From Callorhinchus milii (taxonomy: Eukaryota), in contig NW_024704743.1 of NCBI RefSeq assembly GCF_018977255.1, positions 15,874,001 through 15,938,000 of the forward strand: a stretch of 64,000 nucleotides of DNA, read 5' to 3'. Within the stretch, counting starts at the first letter, position 1. Every line of letters starts with the position of its first letter. Below the pieces are notes generated by a model that saw nothing but the letters and a program-made list of their open reading frames with translations, did no database searches and was not told the origin of the DNA. Position numbers and translations under genes: made by a program. This document shows positions 1 through 14,359 of this stretch, piece after piece.

Positions 1-70
1 TTCCATTTGAATTGGCATTAGTGTTGAACTAATGTGGTAAACTAATTTAATTAGCGTTAAACACATTTGT

Positions 71-447
71 GGAGTCCTGTAACGTATTGGATAGAGCACT
101 CGCCTCGCAAGCGAGAGGACCTAGGTTCGATTCCCAGGCAGGGTGTGACAATGGGCAAGTTTCCTTACTCCACACGCCTCTGTTCACCTAGCAGTAAGTA
201 GGAAACCGGTTGTTAGTCGATTGGCGGATCGCTTTTTTGAGGGTAATAATCCCTTAAAAAAAATAATAATTTGGTCACTCAATCCACGAATGTTTACGGG
301 ACGCTGCTGTGCACAATTGGCTGTCGCGTTTCGCCCACGAAATATACAGTCAATTCACTTTACAGTATATTCTGTGAAGCGCTTTGAGACGTCTCGAAGA
401 TGTGATACGATGCTATATCAAATGCAAGAATTATTATTATTATTATT
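71..447 (+). mobile_element. Full-length tRNA-Ala-derived Deu-domain SINE, long subfamily
   Basis: tRNA head with ctcgc-ctCGCaa-gcgag anticodon arm and ggttcgattcc B box, Deu-like core ctgtgcacaattggctgtcgcgttt, L2-like tail and (ATT)n end. Many related copies in the window. Confidence 0.9.
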
Positions 448-779
448 AAACTACTCTAGAAGTTGTTATTCCCTTGTCTGTATTTGACATTTGTAATGCT
501 CATACGTTTTGGAATAAAAAAATACAACTTTTAATCTGGATTCTTTTACCACTTACTCTTAGACAGACTATTTGTGGTTAATGTGTGTTCATCAATTTCG
601 GTTCAAGTTGTACCTCAAAAAAATAAAATTACTTCTTAATTACTTGTTCACCTCATGGTTACTTGTGAGACCTTGCTGCCGTGTTTGCCTATACAAATAG
701 CCACCATGCTTTCCAGTAATCACTTGTGAAATACTTTGAGATGCTTTAACCTGCTAAGGCAGTATAAAAATGCAGGTTC

Positions 780-1920
780 TTTCTTTCAGCGTCAACTTTC
801 AAGGTTCTGTCCTTGACTGGTTCAGGTCCTACCTTTCACACCGCCTCCACTTCATCTCTGCAAACGCCCTCTCCTCCAGCCCCTGCACCATCTCATGCAG
901 CTTTCCTCAGGGCTCTGTCCTCGGTCCCCTACTCTTTACCCTCTACATGCTCTCCCTTGCTGACATCATCTGCAGATAGGGGGTAAATTTCCACATGTAT
1001 GCGGATGACCCCCAACTCTGTCTCTCTGCTTCCACCCTCAACTCTGGGACTACTGGTGTCCTGAGCAACTGCCTGTCCGACATCAAGTTCTGGACGAGGG
1101 ACAACTTGCTCCAACTGAACGCCACCTCGGGCGCTAGCAGCATCAGCCTCCACGGCTGTACACTCAACCTCACTAAACCAGTCAGGAACCTGGGTGTCTT
1201 GTTTGACTCTGAACTGTGCTTTCTGCCCCACATCCGCACTATGACCGGCAGTGCCTACCACCACCTTCGCTACATTGCCAGACTCCGTCACTGCCTCACC
1301 CCTCAGGCTGCCAAAACCCTCACCCACGCATTCATCATATCAAGGCTCGATTATGGAAACCCCCTCCTCATCGGCCTTCCCAACTCTTCCGTTCATCCAA
1401 AACTCTGCAGCTCATGTACTCTCGCGCACCAGGCTCCGTGACCCCATCGCTCCCACCCTTACCTGACTCCACTGGCTCCCCATCCCCCAGAGGATTGAAT
1501 TCAAAATCCTCGTCCTCACTTTCAAGGCCATCTATGGCCTTGCCCCCTTCTACCTCTCTGACCCGCTGACTCCCTTCCAACCTGCCCACTCCCTTCGTTC
1601 AGCGGACTCCGGCCAGTTCCATGGCTCCTGCCTGACCTGCCCTACCATCGGTGGCTGGGATTTCAGCCTCTCTAACCCACACTCTGGAACTCCATCCCAC
1701 AGTCCCTTCACCTCGCTTCCTCCCTCACCTCGTTCAAAGCTGGTCTCAAGACCCTCCTCTTCAATCATACCTTCAGGCGCCCTCCCACCTCTCTGCCTTC
1801 CCTCAACCCTCTCCCAACCCTCCCCCCTGCTCGGGTCCTGACCCCTGACTGTCCAGCGCCTTGGGACGTCCTCTCGATGTGAAAGGCGCTCTATAAATGT
1901 AATTTTGTTGTTGTTGTTGT
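780..1920 (+). mobile_element. 5'-truncated, decayed L2 LINE (RT C-terminal half and 3' UTR)
   Basis: Translations [32 protein letters not shown] and SRLDYGN, with stops and frameshifts. Ends gcgccttgggacgtc...aaaggcgctctataaatgt followed by (TTG)n. Confidence 0.92.
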
Positions 1921-4900
1921 TTTATATTCCTACATTAATAGTCTTTTAATAGGTTTTTTTGGAACAAAATTGAGTCAACATTAAACGGTTTAAAAGAATT
2001 ACGTAAATTTGAATTTTGGAAGTCCAATGTGGCAACAAAATTCTAATTCCAATAAGACTGTGATATAAAACGTAGTGTCTTCTTTATACCGATTTGTTTA
2101 CAAACTAGCGTGAGGGTGGTCCAAAGGGTTTGTAGGAACTTCAGACATGGCTTTAGAATACAGTGTTTGAATCGAAAAGATGAACTGAGTGATATGTATA
2201 ATGACCACAAGAAAAAAGGTTCCAGGCAGAAGCTATTGGTCAAACCGCTTATTGTTTTCAAGTTGGTGGAATGAAAAGTTGCTTCAGGTATGAGTCCCTC
2301 TCACCTGGAATATTTTTTTCACAACATGGTAGAACATTGCAGTGTTCGCTGAAACTCCCTCCCAAATTCTCTCCTTCCTTGTCCCTGCTAAAAATGTACC
2401 TCCTTGAACCTCTGTTTGCCTCCCTCCTTTGCCCCCACCTATTTCCCCTTTGCTTGTGTCTCCACGCATCCATGTAAAGGGCTGCAAAACTTTGCCCTGC
2501 GTGAAAGGTGTAATTACTGCAAGATGTTGCTGTGTGGAGCTGGATTTGAAGCCTTTTAAGAGAAATGAATGTGCTGCAAAGTACTATTTAATCCAACCTT
2601 CAAGTAAAGTATACAATTTGGAGCACATGTTCAGAACCTGCGTCCGAGACCTAATGAAGTTGTGTGTCCTCTCATTTGCCTACATTTCGTATACAATCTT
2701 GGAATGGCACATAGGGGGATGTTCTGCATTGTTTATCTAGCAATCACTGGACAAGTATATGGCAAACTGTTACACATTACCCATTCCTCCCCCCGAATCG
2801 CCCACGAATATTATTAAACGTCCATCATTCTTTCAAGCTAAGAAGTGGACATCAGTGGACAGAAAGCATTGATGAGGAGAATTTATTTGGGGAATTTAGA
2901 AGCTTTTATAACAGAAAGATTTAGCAGCCAAGAACATTAGTATTCCAAAAATTAGTACAGCTGGTGCATTCCTTGCAAATAAAGCTGGAGATGCCCTTGC
3001 CAGCTTTTGCAACCTCACAATAGAGGATTAATTAATAAATACTTTCAGCTTGTACCGTATCTCCAGCGGAACAACATAAGAGAATGCTAACACGCTGCAC
3101 TGAACAAACATTGGCCTAATGGCATGTTTAAGAATCATGACTGCCTCAGCTCCGTTTATCAAAGGCAAACTGAGTCTGTCCAGGGGACGAACTCCTTTTG
3201 AAGGCAGGAAGGTCCATCCTGTGGGCACAAAACAATCCGTGGTATGCAGCATAAAGTTTGAACTGATAAATGTTGACTTGAATCAACAGCATTGAATTGT
3301 AACAACAAGCTGTTTTATGGCAGATTATTTTAATCGTTTTTGTTGCTCTTGGCATGGAATGAAACCACTATGGCATCATTTTCCTGTGACAAACTAACAT
3401 TACTTAAACAATAAATTTTACTTATTAGTCTTTTTAGCTATAACCCCCCACAAATAAGGAACTATCAGCATGATAAGCAAGTTCAAAGTAAAGAAAGAAT
3501 GTTACCAAAGGGGTTTGGAAAGCTAAATGCTCTACCTCCCATACAATGAACATCAATTATTTCATGTGCAAAGCTATCGCTGTATGACTGACTGCCCACA
3601 ACTACCCAGATCTGGACAAACATGAAAACAAAGGCATTGAAAATGAAGTCTTCCATTCAGTGTACATGGATAATTTTGAGAGTAAAAATAATCTGTGTCA
3701 TGATTGTATTTTAAAGATCAAAGAAAATCATTTATTGAAACCATTTGCACACTTCTACCACAAAATATAGTCAATTCACTTTATAGTATATTATGTGAAG
3801 AGCTTTGAGACATCTCGAAGAGGTGAATCCAATATAAAATTATATTCAAGAATTCACTTTAGTAATTTATAGTGTGTAGACTGAGTGCATAAGGAATTAA
3901 ATGATTCCAGCAAACTGAACAAATAGTGAGGGAGTGTAATGTAAGCCAAACTCTGCCTCGTGAAGAATATGTTTTATGGTTTTCGCTGTCAACTTTTCTC
4001 GAGGCAAGATCTTTTTTTTAAAAAAATAGAATAAACTGTGTAGGAGATTTCCGAATGAAACTTTGTCGATCAGCTGAATTTACTGTCTGCCTTCGACTGA
4101 GACGGACAGGATTACTCATCCAGTGTTGTCTGGCCCACACAGAAGCAGCACCCGCTTCCAGGTTTACATGCAAGATTTTGTGCCAATGATTGGTCCGGTC
4201 AAACCTGAGTCTGACCTTTTCGTTAGTGAAAAAAAACTGCCAACGGAGACAGTTTGCAACCACTAATAAAACATTATACATTGGTCCCACCTCCAGATTG
4301 GATGGTGAACGCAGGAGGCAGGAGAAGAATGCTAAGAATTTTACAGCTACTAATACTTGGGAAGAAAAAGGTCAGAATAGATAGGATTGAGGTAGAAGAA
4401 TGTCAAATAAAAAACATAGCAAGAGATAGAAACTAGGGAAATAATGGCAGTTCCATGTGCTTAATTTTGTCATTTAAATTTTATTCTAATATTTCTTAAT
4501 ATTGTAAAGCTACTCTAATGTTTGAGCTCAAATGTATGTTAACCATTCTATACTCTAAAATTGCAGTGCAAAACAAAATTAAATCTAAAACTGAACATTG
4601 CACAATTGCATGTCAACATTTAATTTTGTAATTTAAATTATATTTTTTTAATATTATAAAACTAGTCTAATGTTTTATTAAGCATATGGTAGTCTAAATC
4701 CCCAGTGGGCAACAAAATAAGATCTGAAACAGAACATTGCACAATTACATGTCAATGTTCTTTTTCATATGAGAACTATTTACTAAAGATTCTGTATTGA
4801 TAATGACTGTAATACTGTATTAGTACTTTTCCTAATGTCAGTGAATGAGCTGAATATATACTGAAACACCCACTGGAGATGTTTTCCTATAGGCTGACAG

Positions 4901-6309
4901 TTTAAAGATTAACTTTTGAACTGAACTGAAATTAAAATTTTTAACTTTTGTAACGGATAGTTTTAATCCTGAAAGACCAACTATTTTTTACACTCTTAAA
5001 ATATACATTTGATTTAGCGTCGTTGAGATGCCTTAAAGTGTTTCACAGAAAAGTTGTAAAGTGGATTGACTCTATTTTGTGGGCAATAATAAAAAATAGT
5101 GGGAGGGGTAGTGTCCATGACACAGAGATCTGACAGCCATCAAGTTGAATGATTTTTAGAGAATTGAATGGTCAATGTCATTTGATATCACATATCAAAT
5201 ATCTGCATATCACAACTTTTTAGTATGAGGGGAAGGAAATGAAAATCAAGAAACTGCTACAGATGACAAAATGAAATTGGTGAGAATCATTGTGCCAAAT
5301 CCACAGTGTAGCAGAGAAAGAAAGACTACTAATTATGAGCAATGTTAATTATCCTGAATAAAATGTAATGAGAGAGGAAACCTTTATAAATGAAGGTAAT
5401 GGTATAGCACAAATACAGAGCCATTTCTTAACACGTGTTACAGGGCAGGAAAGAGGACAGACATATTTGATCTAGTATCAGTGGTGAGCCTGAAATATTG
5501 GGGAATTTAAAAGTAGAGGAACACATAAGCCTTTAAGACACCAATCTGGCATTGCAGCAACTTACAAAAGAAAACCTTCATCCAAAAAGAGGGAGTTCCC
5601 ACACCAAAAACAGCCAACTTTTGCATTATTAGTCACAACACAGTACACAGGAAACGCCTTTGGTGGTGACTTGGCAGTTGGCCTTTGTTAAGCACAGGAA
5701 CTCATCAGTGGAAAAGAGCCAAGCTACCCAGCTGCATGGTGAAATTGACTATCACAGACTCATGATAAGATGGGTTGAATGGACCCCAACATTATAATGA
5801 AGTTGTACTGTATTGGGCAAGTGGTGTGAACCGTGTGTAAATACATATGTGCAGAGGTAATTACTGGTACCCTTAATTATGTAACTAACAATCAATGAAA
5901 AGGGTTCCAAAACTTGTCATTGTCTCTGCATAAATGTATTTGCAATTTGGTTCACACAATTCATATAATACACATAATGCACTTGTGTTTCCATAACTCA
6001 CATATTAGACCCATGTCTTTTTAAGATGCAATTTTGCTTGTTGTGGCCCATTTGGAATTAATCTCAACAGTGCTCAGAATTTATTTCTCTAAAATAGATA
6101 ACTACTGGACTCCATGGGAGAGCACTATAAATATAATTACAGTATTCGATCATTCAGCTGGTGTAGAATCGGTCTACTCAATCATTTTGACTGGTAGCGG
6201 ATTTCTGGTGTGATCAATTTCATTAATTAATTTAATTTCATTAATCAATTTCATTCTAGTTCCTTAATTTCATTAAGGAATTTCATTAAGGAACTAGAAG
6301 GCCTTTGTT

Positions 6310-6590
6310 AAGTGTGCTGGGCCAAAATGGGAGGAGGTATTAAATGGGGTGCCTCAGGGGTTTGCACTGGGACCCCTACTATTCCTTGTACACATTAGTG
6401 ACCTGGATTTGCAGACCCAGTGTAAGAGAGCTAGATTAGAACAGGTTGTTAGGAAGGCTGGTAGAGGCCAGGACACTGAGTTCATTAAAAAGCAACTTCA
6501 TGTTGTGAAGGAAAGACAGTAGTTTGGATGTTCTGGGAGGATGTGATCAGATGGGCTAAAGGGCCTTCTTTATGTGAACTAACCTTGTGA
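6310..6590 (+). mobile_element. CR1 LINE fragments (RT motif plus 3' end)
   Basis: ggggtgcctcaggggtttgcactgggacccctactattc encodes a GVPQG.ALGPLLF RT motif, followed by a CR1-like 3' end similar to 25560-25700. Confidence 0.65.
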
Positions 6591-7132
6591 TAAGACACTG
6601 GGCAATGCATTTACCAATTAAGGCAGCTGATCTCAAATGGAGAAGCAAGAGGCTTAGCGTCAGGCCCCAAAGGCTAGGAAAGTGGGGGAGCGGGGGTGGA
6701 ATCAGAAGGGTTCCTGCTACTGACCTCCTGATAGGAAATACCCAAAGTGGACATTAAAGGAAGAGAGGACTGGCTTTGACTTTGAGGCGTCCGCAGTCAT
6801 GTTGTCTGACAACAGCAATGTCCACACTAGCATTTGAAGAAGGAGCAATGGAGGGTGTTGGTGGAAATATACTCCAGCATGAGTCAGTATCCTCAGAATA
6901 AAAAGGAGGAAATTAGTCGTAGAAAGCCATGGTTAATTAGCTGCGATTTACGTTGGGTTAAGTACTAACCACACCTTATTCCTCTTGTAACGATCAGTGA
7001 TGAGTGTATTCCTAGTGAATGGCTACTCCTGCTGATGAGGTGTTGGAGCAAAAGGCAGATTGTTTGATGAAATGGATAGGACACATGGAAATCTACAGAG
7101 ACTTGGGAATTGTGTAATTGATACCTTTTTAG

Positions 7133-7423
7133 TTTTGGTCAGCCGGGTGTCTAACACATCAGAAACCTATCACCATGCATAAGAGTATCCAAACCAAACT
7201 GAGAATTCCATGTATCCATCCTACGCATGGAAATTCCAGAGATAGATTATCGGAATGTAATGCGCACTCTCTCCCTGGAGGGACCTGCTTACCTAATTCC
7301 GGAACGTATTAGGCACAGACCTGCATCCTGCTTACCTAATTCCGGAAAGTATCAGGCGTAGGTGGCAGGAACCAAGATGTGGGGATCCCAGAGTGTGCGT
7401 TGGAGGTACTGCCAGAGTCTAAT
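7133..7423 (-). repeat. Unidentified dispersed repeat family X, copy 1
   Basis: Closely similar to 46330-46708, 24706-24933 and 30907-31020. Internal duplication of cctgcttacctaattccggaa. Strand assigned from the A-rich end. Confidence 0.85.
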
Positions 7424-8049
7424 ATCTAATGTTCAGTACTTTAATAAAATTTTAATGATGTTAAAATTGAAACTACTATTGCACAGTACTGTATATGATT
7501 AATTCATGTAAAATAGAACCATTTGCAAGTGATGGCTGGTCAGATTGAGAAAAGCTGTATTCAGTGATTGTTAAGGAAAATAAGTTATGATTTATGAATA
7601 TAGCCATAGAATACAAATGTAATGAAGTAGATCTGTCAATCTGTGAAGAATGTATGATAAAATAAACAGAACATTTTGTCTGATATTGGTCACTAAACAT
7701 AGTGCAAAACATATGGAAATACAAAGAATCAAACAAAGGGAATAAGTGATGGTTCCAGGTTTTAAATCAGTGAGTTATGAAGATGACTGGAGAATTCAAT
7801 ATATTCTCAAGGGAATAAAGAAATTAACACAGGGTTTGAGACAACTTCCTAAAATCATAGGGGGAACTTGCAGCTTGTAATAGAGAGATATTATGTATAG
7901 AACCAGGGAAAACACTTGTAAGAAAACTATGAGCTTACTTTAATTTAATGAACAACTTCTTACAAACAGACTTCTTTTCTGGAAAAAGAAAGCATTGAAA
8001 GCTGGCTGTACTTTGGATTTACATTCTAAATATTGGAACAAAAATAATA

Positions 8050-8600
8050 GTCCTTCCATTAGATATAGTGCCTTTCACATCAGGAGGACGTTTAGAAATG
8101 CTTCACTGGGTACATTCTAACGGCTCCGAAACACTACCACATGAAGGCTGCTATATAAATGCAAGTATAGTGACTGCATTTGTAGGCAAACTTTGTAGCC
8201 CAAACACGCGCAGCAATGTACCACAAACCCCTTGAAACGAATGACCAATTTTATTTGTGGATTATTGGCCAGTTCACCGGGAGAAACTCCTTACTCTCTT
8301 TGAGTATTGTCATGGAATCTTTAATGTCTATCTGAAAAGGCAAACGGGACCTCGGATTAACATTTACCCACAAGATATATAGTCAGACCACTTGCAGTAC
8401 ATCCTGTGAAGCACTTTGAGATGTCTCGATGACATATATCAAATGCACAGATTATCATTAACATCTTATTCGAAGGACAGCACCTCCAGCAATGCAACAC
8501 ACCACCAACATTGCATTAGAGTGCCAACTAGACTATGAGGCTTGAACCTTCAACCTTCTGATGTAGAGGCAAGATTGCTACCAACTGAGCCAGGCTGGCA
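8050..8600 (-). mobile_element. Older Deu-type SINE with nested SINE/L2 tail pieces
   Basis: Similar to 26205-26620 and to the reverse complement of 53665-54065; degraded tRNA-like head near 8540-8600. Confidence 0.7.
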
Positions 8601-9446
8601 CTCCTACAATCTCTATCTTGTTGGAGATAATTACATTTTTATTATTGATTCTCCTTGTTTTGTGGAGATCCACTATTTCACATACTATTTCAAACTTGCG
8701 TATAGAAATGTTCCAAAGTCACAGATATAGTAAGTTGGGGATAGCTCTTCAGAGGAAATTAATGTCTTGTAGAACTGGCTTGGATACTGGAAAAGCTAGT
8801 ACTTTTAATACAGCCAAGACTAACTTTTCTCAGCTGAGGTGTCTCCAGGCCAGTAACAAATACCATTTTTTGTGTTTCCCTATGTGGTCACTCACTTAGG
8901 CGAGGAGAGAGATAAAGTGGTCCCACAGTGGAAAAGCAATAATGAAAACTACAGTAAACTAAGAATATAATATTTAGATAAGCAAGATTATTTTTGACTG
9001 AAAGTCCTTCTCTCTCAACTTCTGCGTCTTTAATGTTCATCTTTCAAATAGAAGCAGAGAGATATCGAGCCATAACAGGGGAGAGATTAAAATGGTCGGT
9101 CTGGGTTCCAAAAGAGGACCTAAAGCCAGGGTGAGATTGATGAGTTGAGGTGTCCAGGGTTTCCCAAATAGCAGATAGGAGTCCGATCCCAACCTTAATG
9201 TCCCTGTGCCTTACTGAGTCCCTTTTCCCCTTTTCATTTATTTAAAATGTTATACACTCATATACTGTGATCTGATTCATGGCATTTGGAGTATGCAGAT
9301 TGTGATTGGTGGCTGGCTACCTGTTAGGTCTGGGGTCTGGCTGAAGGTTCAGAGGATTTCCTAGTTTGTAACTCTCTTTTACTCTTTCCGTGCCTAGCGA
9401 TTAGATGGGGTTGGGATCAGAAATGTGTGAAAATATCCCCAAGCAG

Positions 9447-9715
9447 ATCCTTGCATTTGATATAGTGCCTTATCACATCGTTGGGATTTCTCAAAGCGCT
9501 TCACAGAATATAGTGTAAAGTGTATTGACTCTGTATTTTGTGGGTGAAACACAGCAGCCCATTGCACACAGCAGCATTCCACAAACAGTTGTGGATTGAG
9601 TGACCATTATTATTATTATTATTTTTTTTGGAAGGGTTTATTACCCCTGGAAAGCAATCCGCCAATCAACTAACAACCAGGTTCCTACTTACTGCTAGTA
9701 AACAGAGGCGTGTGG
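9447..9715 (-). mobile_element. 5'-truncated SINE, long subfamily
   Basis: Reverse-complement match to roughly 170-430. Confidence 0.88.
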
Positions 9716-10434
9716 CAGATAGAGACAGACACAGCAGATTGATGATAACCTGACTGATTTAGCAATGAGACTTAGATATCTAGATATGTCCTGAAGCCCA
9801 CAAGCCTAAACTGGACAAGTTACAGGAACCTCATCAGTGCTTCATGCTGTCTCCTATCCTTGAATCATTCTTTCCCAGCACCTAAAGAATGAAACTTTTC
9901 CTACATTGCACACATTTTTAAATCTCAAGCTTACCTGACTGCAAGTTTTTTTTTATTTATTTCATTCCCTATCCTAACCTTTCAATTTCAGTGGATATCT
10001 TGAAATATGGACTGTAGACTTCTCAATGAAAAATATTATTTTTAATCACAGTTAGTCAATTGTTGCTGAGATTGAATCTGAAAGCCTGGACATTGTTTTG
10101 ATAGCTCCAACAATATCCCAAAACATTAGTTATATAATTTTTTATGTTGGATAAACTTTCCATGTCTTTTAATAATACAGCAGCTTTGGTGGAAGTCCAG
10201 TCTGCTGCTGAATGAATGACCCTAGGGGAAAGTAGAACACTTCTGAATCAGGGATTATGCATCATATGTACAACAGATATCTGACTACCTTGGATCAGTG
10301 TCAGAAAAAATACACAGGTACTGTCAGCCCTCTGGGGTGTGTTGTGGGACTAGAGAACTGAAACTCCTAACAATTAAGAAAATAAGGGCAAGAGTATATG
10401 TTGGGTGATAAAATATTTTAATAAAAAGGGGCAA

Positions 10435-11070
10435 AGCAAAGGGACTTGGGGTTAACATGCATAACAGTGAAAAGGCAGTAGGACAAAGCTGTCAAAACAG
10501 GGATATAGAATATGAAAGCTAAGAGGTAGTACTAAACTTATATAAATTATTAGTTAGACCTCAGTTAGAATATTGTATCCAGTGTTTTGTCACTCCTCTT
10601 TAGGAAAGATGTCAAGGCGATAGAATGAGTGAAGAGGAAATTTACCAGGATAATACAGCAGAGACTGGAGGAACTGGATCTTTATACGTTGGAACAAAGA
10701 AAGTTCAGGGATGACCTTTTAAAGTGACCTTTAAGATGATGAGGGGTTTTGATAGAGTCAATAGAGAGAAATTATTTCCACTGGTCGATGACTCAGTGTC
10801 TAGAGGGCATCAATTTAACATAAGTCACCGAGCAAATGGGAAGTTAGGAGAATTGTTTTCACCCACAGAGTAGTTAGGATATGGAATGCCCCGCCAGGAT
10901 TGATGGTTGAGCCAGTATCTATATTAGCTTTCAAAAGGAAACGAGATATATATCTTAAAAGGAATAAATTATAAGGATATTGTGAAAGGGCATGTAAATA
11001 GGACTGAAGGATCACTCTTATAGGAGCAGCGCAGATACGATGGGCCAAATGGCCTTCCATGCTGTAAATT
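10435..11070 (+). mobile_element. CR1 LINE 3' fragment
   Basis: Encodes LYKLLVRPQLEYCIQ-like and FTHRVVRIWNA-like CR1 ORF2 C-terminal motifs; 3' end gggccaaatggccttcc. Confidence 0.85.
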
Positions 11071-11309
11071 TCTATTTATAGTAAAATCTGTGAAGCGTTT
11101 TAAGATGATAAGTTCTGGACTTGATAAAGATACTATATCAAAATTCAAAGATTTTTTAAAGACCAAATTTAATTTTTCCCTCCAATTTTCTGCAAAATTC
11201 TACATGATCTTAAAAGTTAAGACAACAGTCTTAAGGCAAGATCAGGAAGCATTTAAGCTCTCGGGTACCTCTTGTTAGAATGGAGGTACTCAGCAATGAA
11301 TCCTTGATC

Positions 11310-11895
11310 ATCATAGAATATTAGAGCACAAAAGGAGGCCATTCCGCCCATCGTGCCTGTCCCGGCTCTTTGGAAGAGCTACCCAATCAGTCCCACTCCC
11401 TTGCTCTTTAGCCATTCCCCTGCAAATGTTTCCTTTTCAAGTACCTATTTAATTCTCTTTTAAAAGATGTTACTGAATCTGTTTCCATTACCCTTTCAGG
11501 CAGTGCATTCCAAACTGTAACAAGTCTCTGTGTAAAAAAAACTCATCTCTCCTCTGGTTCTTTTGCCAATTATCTTAAATCTATGTGCCCTGGTTACCAT
11601 CTCACCTGCCAGTGGAAACAAAACTCCTTATCTACTCTATCAAAACCCCTCATAATCTCTATTAAATCTCCCCTTAACCTTCTCTGATCTAAGGAGAACA
11701 ATCCCAGTTTCTCTAGTCTCGCCATATAACTAAAGTCCCTCAGCCCTGGTACCATTCTGGCAAATCTCCTCTGCACCCTCTCCAAGGCCTTGATATCATT
11801 CCTAATATGTGGTGATCAGAATTGGACACAATACTCCAGCTGAGGCCTAACCAATAACTTATAAAGGTTTAGCAGAACTTCCTCGCTTTTGTACA
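11310..11895 (-). mobile_element. CR1 LINE 3' fragment
   Basis: ORF 11594-11785 reads LERVQRRFARMVPGL...LGLFSL..RRLRGDLIE; CR1 tail at the left end. Confidence 0.9.
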
Positions 11896-13674
11896 TGATA
11901 AAGTATTTTCTCTATAAGTAAAAGTGGTGAATCTCTGTCTAAATAGCACTTATGTACACACACAGGTATGGTTGGCTGACAGAGATTTTCTATAGGAAAA
12001 AAATTAGGACAGAGTCATACTAGCAGGACAAAAGAGGGTTCTTTTATAATGATGTGATAATTATAACTATAATATGATAACAATAATTAAGACCAGCAAT
12101 AATGATTACTATGTCAGTTTTGTTTTACCCTAAAATTGTAATAGGATTTGGTTGTGCTCCCTATGGTTGCTTATACTTTTGACCACCTCAGTATCACCAT
12201 GGCCACCGAGGAAAGGCTCTGTAAGTAGGAACTTGGAACCCTGCCAAAGAAAATAGTGAGCCCCTGTTTGAAATTTCAAGTTAATTCCAGTTTGTCAGCC
12301 ACAACCTAGACACAGTAGTTGCTATAGGTAATTCCTTCTGCAAGAAGCTGGAGATGTAACTCACACCAGGTTGTCTTACCTAAATATTAGTTGCCTGTTT
12401 TTTCCACTCTGTACACTCCCAATACCTACCACAATAAACAATCATCAATAGGGTTCCTAACATACGCATCTTCCTGACATACTTGAGAAGCAACAAGTCC
12501 CAACATTAAGCACTTAATGCAGGCATTGATTCAATCATGTCACTACGCTGCTTCAGCCGGTAATCTGGGCAGCGCCTGAACATTGTTTCATGCTGTAAGA
12601 GGTAATACCTTCTGCAAATGCCTTTACCAGCTTGTGAACATTTCAATATATAAATGACTGTGCTCCCAAATATAGGCCTAAGTGTTTCCCACTAGAAGAC
12701 TGAACCCATGAGTAGCACTTCTACAGAGGAGTTTTGTCGACTGCTCTAAAATCTATGTAGACTCCCACTGGGAAGCGTGGCTTTTGTAGCAACAATTGCA
12801 GACTGTTTAGGTTGTTCCTAAAACAGATCAATAAAATCAAAGATTGGGGTGGAAATATAATGCAAATACGAAGACCAATGTGTTTGTCAACAACAACGAC
12901 AGCAACTTGGATTTATATAGCTTTGTCATGCAGAGCAGTGTCTCGGAGCGCTTAACAGTGGCAGAGCCTGACGCTGAGCTGGAGGGAGGGAGAAGGTGAC
13001 CATAAACACAGTGGAAGAAGAAGTCGCCGGTCATGATCTAAAAGAGGGAAAGGAGGGAAGAGAGTCCCATAGCTTCGGAGTGTAGTGGCTGAAGGTTAAA
13101 ATAACCTTTTTAGTGCCAACTTAGTGTAAATCTTTTTACACTAGGACCACAATGTTAAAACTATCCGAACTTCAAAGTTGAAAAAATAATGGCAAACTCA
13201 GATCACTACTGCCACCTACTGACTGGCCCATTGGTTTACTTTCTCTCTAGTGGCCAATAAAGACATCACAGGGACTTTGGTCTTGGTTATGTAGTAATTG
13301 AGTTTAGATCTAATCCCTCCCTCAGAGAATTAGCAACCAAAGCTGTTTCATACTCTTTCACATACCCTATAAATACAACTTTAATATAACTTGAATATAA
13401 CCAACAGTATCCTTTGCTGTACTCATTCTGTTCTGCTATCTGAAACCACTTTCACTATCATGTCAAAGACTATTGATTATTTAAAAGTACAGGATCAAGA
13501 ATTCTCTGGAAAGATCATTACTGCTTTCTTTGTCCTAGTGCTCAAAATGTACTTTCATGATGCAATATTCATAAGAGCATGGCTTTCTTTAAAAACAATC
13601 AAAATGAATTAAGGCCATAAAACTCTCTTAAACTAATGCACCCATTAAGTGATGATGCTACATATTTGTATCAG

Positions 13675-14035
13675 ACGGCTCAGAGGGTAGCATTCTCTCC
13701 TCTCGATCGGTGCATTGCTGTGTTACTGGGGGCACGGTGCATTGTTAGAGCTTTGGATAAAACGATAAACCAAGGTCCTAGTTGCCTATTCTTCAGGTGG
13801 ACATCAAAGATCCCATAACATTGTTGAAAAAGACAGGGAGTTTCTCCTGGTGTTCAGGCTAACAATCCTCCAGGTAAATTCACTTCATGGCTATTTGGGG
13901 AAGGCTGTTTGGGGAAACCTGCTGTGTGACACTGCAGTGTTTGCCTATAAATACACAATTGCTTGAAAGCAATTACCACTGAAGTGATTTGAGCTCTTTA
14001 ACTATTTTAGGCATTATCTTACATGCAAATATTAT
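13675..14035 (+). mobile_element. Older Deu-type SINE, degraded
   Basis: Colinear similarity to 53665-54065 and 20920-21190. Confidence 0.65.
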
Positions 14036-14359
14036 TACAATAGCAGGCAGAGGGGTGGTAGACACAACATCATTGGTAAAACAATCAACTTTCTTCAACC
14101 ATTAGTAGAGGGTGCCCATGCTGAGGGACATCAGCTCCCTTTCAAAATGTAAGGATTATTACCTGCTCCAATCTCAATGTAGTGTTCCAGCACATGAAAA
14201 TGCCCTTTTTCCCCCTAAGCTCCTTCCCAGCCCCCCCCAATCGGGTTCTTTTACAGGGGAGCCTGGCTCATCCCATTGTGGAAGGGCAATCCTTCAGGCC
14301 ACCGGAGGGCACTATAGCTGATATGTTTGAAAGAACAATCTCAACGATGTAAAAGTATT

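Noticed and set aside
4018..4384. Overlapping CpG-containing ORFs as possible exons
   Set aside because: No recognisable domain or convincing splice pair, and no match to the expected next SUGCT exon.
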